Virus record (IMG/VR): IMGVR_UViG_3300017971_000212
Origin: an uncultured virus (IMG/VR IMGVR_UViG_3300017971_000212)
Lineage: Duplodnaviria > Heunggongvirae > Uroviricota > Caudoviricetes
Reading direction: 5' to 3' (one strand)
DNA length: 64,000 nucleotides
This document shows, one piece after another, positions 47,508 through 55,578 of the stretch (the first letter of the stretch is position 1; each line of letters begins with the position of its first letter). The translations under genes and the position numbers were made by a program. The notes below the pieces were generated by a model, which was not told the DNA's origin, ran no database searches, and saw only the letters and a program-made list of their open reading frames with translations.

Positions 47508-48043
47508 GCACGGAGCGATGGACCTTCATGGGTGGCCGCAACGCGGCCGATGACCGCGCCCAGGCGGTGGAGATCCTGCGGTGGCTCCTCGCGTGCCTGC
47601 GCGGCCAGTACTGGTCGTACCAGCAGTCTCACTGGCAAGCTCAGGGAGCGCCCGCGTACGGCGACCACCTCCTGTTCCAGCGGCTCTACGAGAGCGTCCA
47701 GGACCACGTCGACACGCTCGCGGAGAAGATGGTCGGCCTGTACGGGAACGAGGCGGTGAACACCCTGAGCCTCGCGCCGAAGTTCGACTCCTGGGTCGCC
47801 CGGTGGGCGGAGGTCCAGTGCCTCCACAAGCGCGGGCTGCTCTCCGAGGACGACTTCCAGAAGGCGTGTCGGCAGACCTACGACAAGCTCGGAGACCTGG
47901 GCGAGCTGTCGCTGGGCATGGACGACTACCTGATGGCGACGGCTAGCGACCACGAGACGAACCAGTTCCTGCTGCGCCAGGTCCTCCGGCAGAAGCAGGC
48001 GTCGGCCGACTGGGCCGAGCTCAGGAGGAGCTTGAAGGAGTAG
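47504..48043 (+). CDS. Dps/ferritin-like protein
   Basis: SHWQAQGAPAYGDHLLFQRLYE..HVDTLAEK matches the Dps ferroxidase motif HW-x9-H..D..AE. Confidence 0.8.
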   Translation: MSTERWTFMGGRNAADDRAQAVEILRWLLACLRGQYWSYQQSHWQAQGAPAYGDHLLFQRLYESVQDHVDTLAEKMVGLYGNEAVNTLSLAPKFDSWVARWAEVQCLHKRGLLSEDDFQKACRQTYDKLGDLGELSLGMDDYLMATASDHETNQFLLRQVLRQKQASADWAELRRSLKE

Positions 48044-48047
48044 TCGC

Positions 48048-48677
48048 ATGCCAACCGCCGCCAAAGTCGGGTACGAGATCCTCGTCGCGAACTTCTCGCG
48101 ACCCTTCCCGAGCTCGATCACGGGGGCGGACCCCGTTCACGACGCCCCGACGAAGACGCGCACGGGTTTCGAGTTCACCCACGTGCAGACCCTCGGGTTC
48201 GCCTTGGACCACACGCAGGCAGGCGCCGCGCGGTCGGTCGTGGTCAGCAGCCTGCAGCAGGGGTTCGAGCCCTTTCCGCCGACCGCGCTGCCGCAGGCGA
48301 GCCTCGACGTCGTGGACAACACGTTCGCCGGACTCTCCGCGATCCTGTACCTCGGTCCCTATGAGTTAGTCTCCAACCGCGACTACGTGGTCGGGGCCGG
48401 CGTCAACGCGACGGCGGCGGCGATAGGCGCGGCCATCGACAACCTTCCCGGCTACAGTACCGTGGTCGCGCTCGCGAACGTGGCCGTGAGCGGTCCGCGA
48501 GGCCAGGTCGGGCTGCGTTTCGACGCGACCTACAGGGGAGGCAACGACAACTTCACGTTCAACTATCCGGCAGGCTCCCCGGACGGGGTCCTCGGCTACG
48601 GACCCTCCCCGGGCGACGGGCCGATCAAGCCGCCGCACATCCTGCCGCCGGGCCTGCCGAACGGCGTGGCCCCCTAG
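48048..48677 (+). CDS. putative structural protein
   Basis: AAGGAG RBS; A/G/V-rich; NATAAAIGAAI resembles a segment of 42042-43649. Confidence 0.55.
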   Translation: MPTAAKVGYEILVANFSRPFPSSITGADPVHDAPTKTRTGFEFTHVQTLGFALDHTQAGAARSVVVSSLQQGFEPFPPTALPQASLDVVDNTFAGLSAILYLGPYELVSNRDYVVGAGVNATAAAIGAAIDNLPGYSTVVALANVAVSGPRGQVGLRFDATYRGGNDNFTFNYPAGSPDGVLGYGPSPGDGPIKPPHILPPGLPNGVAP

Positions 48678-48691
48678 CCCGCGGAGGCTGA

Positions 48692-49387
48692 ATGGAAGCA
48701 GAGAGGCAGAGCACCCGCGACGAGATCCTCGCCCTCATTCCCGACGACGCCAAGCGCGTGAAGGTGAAGACGGAGAAGGGCGGCGAGCGCTGGCGCGACA
48801 TCGAGGGAGGCAACCTGAGCGGCATCCTCGAGGGCGACGAGATCGTCGTTCTGAACGGGAAGCCCGTGGTCATGAAGACAAAGCCGGGTCGCAAGGCCAA
48901 ACCCCCGGCCCCGAAGGCACCTCCTCCCGTGACCCAGACGGTCGCGCAGCTCCAGGTCGCGAAGCAGCACTTCTTCGACATGGACCCCCTGCTCCGGCAG
49001 CTCTCGAAGGGAGTCGACTCGGAGGACGTGCTGCACCTCGTCATGCACGGGTTCGCGCAGGAGGCGGCGTCGCTTGAGTTCGAGCGGCAGGAGGCCGAGC
49101 GCACCGGCAAGGAGACGAGCCAACTCTCCATCCGCCGAATCAACGCCCTCAAGGCCCTGGCCGAGACGTGGATCAAGCGGAAGGAGCAGCTCTCCGGGAA
49201 GACCATCGACATGGACAGTCCCGCGTTCCGCGAGCTGTTCAGCTTCATGCTCGACAACTTCCGCGAGGCCATGCACAAGGGCGGCGTTCCACGGGACCAG
49301 GCCGAGACCGTGTTCGTGAGTTTGTCGGAGCGGATGAGCGACGAGTCCTGGGAGCAGGAGGCGCGCAACCGGATGAAGGGAGGATGA
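48692..49387 (+). CDS. putative terminase small subunit
   Basis: Helical 231-aa ORF immediately upstream of the large subunit; positional inference only. Confidence 0.4.
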   Translation: MEAERQSTRDEILALIPDDAKRVKVKTEKGGERWRDIEGGNLSGILEGDEIVVLNGKPVVMKTKPGRKAKPPAPKAPPPVTQTVAQLQVAKQHFFDMDPLLRQLSKGVDSEDVLHLVMHGFAQEAASLEFERQEAERTGKETSQLSIRRINALKALAETWIKRKEQLSGKTIDMDSPAFRELFSFMLDNFREAMHKGGVPRDQAETVFVSLSERMSDESWEQEARNRMKGG

Positions 49388-49391
49388 GGCG

Positions 49392-51293
49392 TTGGCGAAG
49401 GGCACGGCCAACCTGGCTCGGATGGCCCTCAACGCCGGGCGACGGTCGGAGAACGCGGGGCAGCGCGACGTCGTAGACATCATCACGTTCGTCGAGGCCG
49501 AGTGGGGCCTCGACATGCGCCTGTACCCCGTCCAGCGCGTCATCCTGAAGGCCCACTACGGGATCCCGCTCGACGACAACCTGGCGAACAGCTTCGTCAT
49601 CACGGACTGGAGGCGGGAGAATCCCCGGAGGTTCACGGAGGCCGAGTACCTCCGGTACCTCAACGACGAGGGCCGCTGCAACATCCGAGAGGTCGTGCCG
49701 GGACAGGAACGCCGACAGATGATCCTGAGCGTCGGACGCCGGAGTGGCAAGACCTTGATCAGCTCTTGCGTCGCGGCCTACGAGACCTACAAGCTGATCA
49801 ACAAGGGCAACCCGCAGCACTACTACGGCCTGAGCCCGTCGAGCAACATCCAGCTCATCTCGGTCGCGACCGGCAAGGACCAGGCGGGCCTCCTCTACCA
49901 GGAGGTGTCGGGCCACTATGCGAAGTGCTCGTTCTTCAGGCGCTACACGGCGAACCACACGATGTCGTACGCGCGGTTCCAGACCCCCCACGACATCGAA
50001 GAGTTCGGCCCGTACTCCGAGAACCCCCAGGCGCGGGCGAGCATCAAGGCCACTTTCCATGCTTGCAACGCCAAGGGCCTGCGCGGCGCGGGGAACGTGG
50101 TCGTCATCCTCGACGAGGTGGCCCACTTCGTCGAGCAGGGCGGGAGCTCGGCCGAGGACGTCTGGAAGGCTATCGCACCCTCGATAGGTACGTTCACCCC
50201 GAAGGACGAGTACGGCGAGCCGATCGATGGTCCCGGCACCCCCTCGGAGGGTCGCACGATCCTCATCTCCTCCCCGCTCGGCACGCAGGGCCTGTTCTAC
50301 AACAAGTTCCGACAGGGGATGTCGGGCGGCGAGTCGTCCGAGCACATGCTGTGCGTTCAGGCCCCGACCTGGGAGGTCAACCCGACGGTCTCGGCGTCCG
50401 TGTTCAAGGACGCCTACGCCGAGGATCCCCGGATCTTCTTCACCGAGTGGGGGGGCGAGTTCAGGAGCGCCACCCTGGGCTGGCTGGAGGACCCGAAAGA
50501 CCTCTTCGACTGCGTGGATCCGCATCTGCGTCCCCGGTCTCGGGGACAGGCGAGGCGCCCGTACTTCGTGGGATTCGACCTCGGCCTGGCGGGGAACGGG
50601 AGCGCCCTGGCCATCGTCCACATCGACGAGCTCAACCGGATCGTCCTCGACTTCGTCGGCCAGATGAAGGCCGGAGAGGGAGAGCACGCCGACAAGGAGC
50701 GCCTCGACTTCGAGGAGGTCGCGGCCTGGATCTTCTCCCTGTCGCGGCGCTTTCACTTCTACAAGGGCCTCTTCGACCAGTGGGGCGCGATCCCTCTCGA
50801 GCAGGCGCTCGCGAAGAAGGGCCTCAAGCAGTTCGAGGGCAAGCTGTTCTCGCCGCAGGAGAGGTCCCAGATCTGGCAGAACTTCAAGTCGATCCTCTGG
50901 GACCGCGTGAACGGAAAGCCGCGCCTCGTCCTGTACGACATCACTCCGGAGGAGAAGGCGAGGTACGAGGCTCGAGACGAGAAGCCGCCCGAGCACCTCC
51001 TCTACCTCACGCAGCTGACCGAGCTGCAGGCGACCTACAGGAGCAAGTACGTCATCCACGTGGAGGCGCCCCAGGTCGAGGGCAAGCACGACGACATGCC
51101 CGACGCCCTGTCGCGAGCCGTGTGGCTCGCGAGCCAGCATCTCGGCAAGATGAAGCACATCGCGCGGTCGAAGAACGGCATCAACCCAAGCTGGCCGCAA
51201 CCCTCGTCGAAGGTCCGGCGTGCGAACCATCGCAAGAGGCTCCTCGGAGGCTCGGACCCGAAGAGGCAGGTCCCGCGGAGGCGCTACAGGTAG
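49392..51293 (+). CDS. terL: terminase large subunit
   Basis: VGRRSGKT, VILDEVAHF, LISSP, nuclease GFDLG and GKHDDMPDA. Confidence 0.9.
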   Translation: MAKGTANLARMALNAGRRSENAGQRDVVDIITFVEAEWGLDMRLYPVQRVILKAHYGIPLDDNLANSFVITDWRRENPRRFTEAEYLRYLNDEGRCNIREVVPGQERRQMILSVGRRSGKTLISSCVAAYETYKLINKGNPQHYYGLSPSSNIQLISVATGKDQAGLLYQEVSGHYAKCSFFRRYTANHTMSYARFQTPHDIEEFGPYSENPQARASIKATFHACNAKGLRGAGNVVVILDEVAHFVEQGGSSAEDVWKAIAPSIGTFTPKDEYGEPIDGPGTPSEGRTILISSPLGTQGLFYNKFRQGMSGGESSEHMLCVQAPTWEVNPTVSASVFKDAYAEDPRIFFTEWGGEFRSATLGWLEDPKDLFDCVDPHLRPRSRGQARRPYFVGFDLGLAGNGSALAIVHIDELNRIVLDFVGQMKAGEGEHADKERLDFEEVAAWIFSLSRRFHFYKGLFDQWGAIPLEQALAKKGLKQFEGKLFSPQERSQIWQNFKSILWDRVNGKPRLVLYDITPEEKARYEARDEKPPEHLLYLTQLTELQATYRSKYVIHVEAPQVEGKHDDMPDALSRAVWLASQHLGKMKHIARSKNGINPSWPQPSSKVRRANHRKRLLGGSDPKRQVPRRRYR

Positions 51294-51296
51294 ACG

Positions 51297-51557
51297 ATGT
51301 CGAAGGGGATCATGCCGGGAGACCCGTCCAGGGCCGATCACAGGCTCGTGGGTTACGTCCTCAAGACCTTCTTCAAGGACAGGAAGGTCCTGCACGTGCC
51401 CGAAGAGTTCGACCGCGTGGGGCGCGTGTTCGAGCGGGCCGGGGGTTCCTGGGAGCACCTGTTCAAGGGCTCGATCAGGGACATCAACCTCCTCAAGCGG
51501 ATCGTGAAGATCGCGATCAAAGAGGGTTTCATGTCGAAGGCTCCGCGCTTTCGGTAG
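51297..51557 (+). CDS. hypothetical protein
   Basis: 86-aa ORF in the operon. Confidence 0.6.
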   Translation: MSKGIMPGDPSRADHRLVGYVLKTFFKDRKVLHVPEEFDRVGRVFERAGGSWEHLFKGSIRDINLLKRIVKIAIKEGFMSKAPRFR

Positions 51558-51558
51558 G

Positions 51559-52041
51559 ATGACGAGCGACGTGACCGATACGCCCGACAGCACGCCCGAG
51601 ACCGAGCCCAAGCCCCGGACGGAGGACGCCGAGGTCGAGCGCGAGACCATCCGGGAGGCCGTCGTCGCCCAGCAGGAGCTCGAGCGCGAGCAGCGGATCG
51701 CGGTCGAGCGAGCGGAGGCTCGGAGGGCACGGGATCGCCGCGCCGAGCAGCGTCGGGAGGAGCGCGTCGCGCAGGCCAGGGAGGCCCAGGCGCGGCGCGT
51801 AAGGGCCCTCGAGGAGGCCAACGACAGGGTCGCGGCGAACGTCGCGGAAGCCTCACGGGCTCTCAGAGGCGCCCTGAGAGCGGCCTCGGAGGTGCCCCTA
51901 GGGCGCCAGTCGGTCGAGGGACGCGAGCAGCGGCGCCTCGTGCGGAGCATCGAGGACGCCATGGGTGCCCTGCGCCGCATCCGGCGCGGGACTTTTCACG
52001 AAGGAGAGCTCGAGCTCGACCTGGATCTTCACATCGACTGA
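51559..52041 (+). CDS. coiled-coil hypothetical protein
   Basis: R/E/A-rich 160-aa ORF. Confidence 0.6.
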   Translation: MTSDVTDTPDSTPETEPKPRTEDAEVERETIREAVVAQQELEREQRIAVERAEARRARDRRAEQRREERVAQAREAQARRVRALEEANDRVAANVAEASRALRGALRAASEVPLGRQSVEGREQRRLVRSIEDAMGALRRIRRGTFHEGELELDLDLHID

Positions 52042-52087
52042 ACCACCCACAGGAGCACAGAACACAGGACCCCAGGAGTAGCGAGCG

Positions 52088-55000
52088 ATGGCAGCGGAAG
52101 GCAGCAAGAACGCAATCGCGGGATCGGCGTCCCCGTCCTCACAGAGGAAGAACGAGGACGAGCGCGTCGTGGCGGACGTCCCGAACACCCGGCCCGAGCT
52201 GCACATCGGCAAACCCACCCGCGTCGTCGTCGGATCTATGAGATCGAGGGGCGGCCCTACCAGCTTCCGCGCGAGGGTGGCGAGCTGCGGGCCGGGCACC
52301 GGCAGCTACGGCGGCGTCAGTGCCGGAGGCGGCGGCACCGGCTACGGAGGGTACGGAGGCTTCGGAGGGAACTTCGGAGCCGGAGCCGTCATGCAGGCGA
52401 GCTCCGGAAACTTCTACTCCCCCGAGCTGAGCACCGACTTCCTTGAGCTTCCCCAGTCGCTCAACGAGCAGTGGAACTACTACAGGTTCTTCTACGACAA
52501 CGAACCGTTCGTCGGGCAGGCGCTCGACCTGCACACCGAGCTGCCGCTGTCCAAGGTCCGGCTCGGGCGCCCGAAGGCCAACGACAGGCGGATGGCCGAG
52601 GCGTCTCTGCGGTTCTGCGAGAAGTGGGTGAAGCGCATCGGGCTGCTCCAGCGTCTGCTCGAGATCGTCCACGACTACTTCAAGATCGGAGAGGTCTACA
52701 TCTTCTGCGAGGACGCCAACCCGGAGATCCCACAGGACGTCCGGAAGAAGGTCGTGAGGCGCGTCGAGGCGGACGGCACGCTGACGGAGACGTGGGTCGA
52801 CCGCGAGGACGCGAACGAGCGCACCGTCAGGTGGATGAAGCAGCACTACAAGGGGTGGACCAGCATCAGGACCGTCCCGCCCGAGCAGATCCACCTCCAG
52901 ACGTTCCCGTTCACCGACGAGGTGTTGATCGATCTGATCCCCGACTCGAAGAGCAGGCACCTGCTCGACATGGCCGACCAGGGCGACAAGTACGCCGCGC
53001 GCGTCGTCAAGTCCATGGATCCGGTCGTGGTGGAGGCCCTTCGCAGGGGAGAAAACGTCCCGCTCAGCACCGACCCGGACGGCGGCTCCTTCGTCCACTA
53101 CATGGCGAACAAGAAGTCGCAGTACGAGCCGAGGGGCCACAGCATCCTCCAGCGGTGCCTTCTTCCCGGCACGCTCATAACCGTCCAGCGCAACGGGATC
53201 GTGCGGCAGGTCCCCGTGGAGGACGTCGACACGACTACGGATCTCCTGTTGACCCACAAGGGTCGGTTCCGTCGGGCCACGGCAGGTTCTCGCCCGGTGC
53301 GCGAGAGGGTCGCGGTCCTGCGCATCGAAGGCGTCGAAGACCCCTTGGCCCTCACCACTGACCACGAGGTGCTCCTCGTGCGGGAAGACGGCACCGAGGC
53401 GTGGGTGCCCGCGGGCGAAGTGCGCGAGGGCGACATCGTGCGCGAGAGTCACGTTGTCCCGGAGAACGAGCCCGTCCCTGAGATCGACCTCGCGACGTGG
53501 TGGAGTAATCGGAGGCTCAACGTTGCGCGACGTTTCCGTGAAAACGCGAAGGAAGTCGAAATCCGCAACCGTGAGGTTCGCGTCATCGACGTCGAGGATG
53601 GTCCCGATGGGCTCACCGTCACCTTCGAGCACGACAACGACGACGCGGGTCAGATCGAGGCGACTGAGGGGATGCGTCGGTTCGTGGCATGGCTCAAGAA
53701 CCTGGACGCGCCCACGGAGGCCACCTATGACGAGATCGCGGCCGTCACCGGAGTCGACAAGTCGAAACTCAGGAACTACGCGCACCTCCTCCGAAGGGAA
53801 GCGGATCTGCGCACCGAGAGTCGGAGCCTTGGACGGGGTCGAGGTCGTCGCACGACCTGGTGGCCCCTCTCTGGCGACGCGGTCGTCCCGCGAGAGACCC
53901 GCTGCGTCACGATGACGTCCCCCGTCGCCCGGATCGAGGTGGACGAGGGATTCTGTTACCTGCTCGGCACGTGGGTCGGAAACGGCAACATCTGGACCTC
54001 GGACGAGTTGGTCCTCAATTCTCATTCCGTCGCTTGGACCGCGGGCACCGGCGACCTGGAGCAGGAAATCAAGGCAGAGGAGATGAGGCTCGCCAGTGCC
54101 TCCTTCGGCGACCAGTGCTCGGACGGCCACCTGTTTGGAGAGGAGTCCGGCTCCGACGCGTTCAGGATTGAGGATCCGCTCCTGGCGCGGTGGTTTATGG
54201 ATGAGTTCGGGCACTCGGCCCAGAGCAAGCGGATCCCGAGGTGGCTCTTCGACCTCGACGAGGCTCGCGTGTTGGCGTTCCTGCGGGGACTGCTCGACAC
54301 GGACGGGAATCTCCAGGAGAGGACGACACAGACGACCATCAGGTTTGAGATGGATAACCGCGTCCTCCTCGACCAGGTGCATCTCCTCTGCAACAGGCTC
54401 GGGATAAAGACCCAGGTCAGGAACTATGTGAAACCCGCGCGGTCGTGGACGCGGCGCTGGAAGACCAAGAGGGGTTGGAAAGAGAAGAGTTACCATTACG
54501 ATGCCAAGGCGTACGCGACTCTCACGGCGACGCGCCACGCTGACGTGCGTCGTTGGGCCGAGGGGTCCGTCAAGGGATCGAAGGTCGAGTGGCAGGACAA
54601 GACGCACCCGAACGCCCTGCGTACACAGTTCGTGAACGGATGGCTCACGCGGAGGGTCGAAGGCACCGGTTTGGTGCCATACGAAGGACTCGTGTTCTCG
54701 TTCGATGTCGAGGGAGACGAGTCTCACGTAACACATCAAATGGTGACCCATAACTGCTTGAGAACATTAGTATTTTTTGATAAGTTGAGACAGGCCCAGA
54801 CCAGCATCGCCTCCCGGCACATGACGCCGATCCGGCTCGTCTACGCCGAGGACATGGACGAGGAGAACACCGAGGCCCTCCGCGACCAGATCGACCTCGC
54901 CCTCCAGGACCCGGACTACACCATCGTCACCAACTTCCAGGTGACGTGGGAGGAGATGAACTCGAACGGGCGCCTCCTCGAACTCTCGAGCGAGTACGAC

Positions 55001-55537
55001 CTCATCGCGCGGCAGCTCTACGCGGGGCTCGGCGTCACCGAGACCCTCCTGAACGGAGAGTCGAGCTACAGCGGCGACCGCATCAACCTCGAGGTCATCA
55101 ACACGCGCTACATGCTGCTCCGCGAGAACGTCCAGCGCCTCGTCGAGGAGTACTTCTTCAAGCCCATGTGTCGTCGGATGGGCTTCGTCGAGGAGGACGA
55201 GGACGGCCAGCTCGAAGTGATCTACCCGCGCCTGAGCTTCACGCGGCTCGCCCTGCGCGACAACCAGGACACCTTCGACGCGCTGTTCAACCTCTACCAG
55301 AAGGGGAGCCTCGACATAGAGACGATCCTCGACCTGCTCAACATCGACCCGGTGGTCGTCCGTGAGAGGCTCGAGGCCGACTTCGGGACCTTCAACGACT
55401 CGCAGTTCAACGAGGTCCTGCGCTCCGCCTACGGGCGCGTCGGCGACCAGCTCGTCGAGGGGTCCGACATCGTTCAGAAGATCGCCGACGTCCTGGGCGT
55501 GGACTACAAGAAGCCCGAGGAACCCGGACGGTTCTAG
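52088..55537 (+). CDS. portal protein with an intein
   Basis: Follows the terminase; about 616 aa after splicing; portal-like FVGQALDLHTELP, RGHSILQR|CLRTL, GLGVTETLLNG and YFFKPMC. Confidence 0.75.
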   Translation: MAAEGSKNAIAGSASPSSQRKNEDERVVADVPNTRPELHIGKPTRVVVGSMRSRGGPTSFRARVASCGPGTGSYGGVSAGGGGTGYGGYGGFGGNFGAGAVMQASSGNFYSPELSTDFLELPQSLNEQWNYYRFFYDNEPFVGQALDLHTELPLSKVRLGRPKANDRRMAEASLRFCEKWVKRIGLLQRLLEIVHDYFKIGEVYIFCEDANPEIPQDVRKKVVRRVEADGTLTETWVDREDANERTVRWMKQHYKGWTSIRTVPPEQIHLQTFPFTDEVLIDLIPDSKSRHLLDMADQGDKYAARVVKSMDPVVVEALRRGENVPLSTDPDGGSFVHYMANKKSQYEPRGHSILQRCLLPGTLITVQRNGIVRQVPVEDVDTTTDLLLTHKGRFRRATAGSRPVRERVAVLRIEGVEDPLALTTDHEVLLVREDGTEAWVPAGEVREGDIVRESHVVPENEPVPEIDLATWWSNRRLNVARRFRENAKEVEIRNREVRVIDVEDGPDGLTVTFEHDNDDAGQIEATEGMRRFVAWLKNLDAPTEATYDEIAAVTGVDKSKLRNYAHLLRREADLRTESRSLGRGRGRRTTWWPLSGDAVVPRETRCVTMTSPVARIEVDEGFCYLLGTWVGNGNIWTSDELVLNSHSVAWTAGTGDLEQEIKAEEMRLASASFGDQCSDGHLFGEESGSDAFRIEDPLLARWFMDEFGHSAQSKRIPRWLFDLDEARVLAFLRGLLDTDGNLQERTTQTTIRFEMDNRVLLDQVHLLCNRLGIKTQVRNYVKPARSWTRRWKTKRGWKEKSYHYDAKAYATLTATRHADVRRWAEGSVKGSKVEWQDKTHPNALRTQFVNGWLTRRVEGTGLVPYEGLVFSFDVEGDESHVTHQMVTHNCLRTLVFFDKLRQAQTSIASRHMTPIRLVYAEDMDEENTEALRDQIDLALQDPDYTIVTNFQVTWEEMNSNGRLLELSSEYDLIARQLYAGLGVTETLLNGESSYSGDRINLEVINTRYMLLRENVQRLVEEYFFKPMCRRMGFVEEDEDGQLEVIYPRLSFTRLALRDNQDTFDALFNLYQKGSLDIETILDLLNIDPVVVRERLEADFGTFNDSQFNEVLRSAYGRVGDQLVEGSDIVQKIADVLGVDYKKPEEPGRF
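53156..54754 (+). mobile_element. intein (533 aa) with LAGLIDADG endonuclease and HTH-like insert
   Basis: QR|CLLPGT, LTTDHEV, LLGTWVGNG, FLRGLLDTDG and MVTHN|C. Confidence 0.92.
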
Positions 55538-55540
55538 GAC

Positions 55541-55554
55541 GGTTTTCGCCCTAT
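55541..55554 (+). promoter_or_regulatory. putative late promoter
   Basis: GGTTTTCGCCCTAT upstream of GTG 55579. Confidence 0.6.
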
Positions 55555-55578
55555 CGTGCGGCCTCTAGCGGAGGCCCC

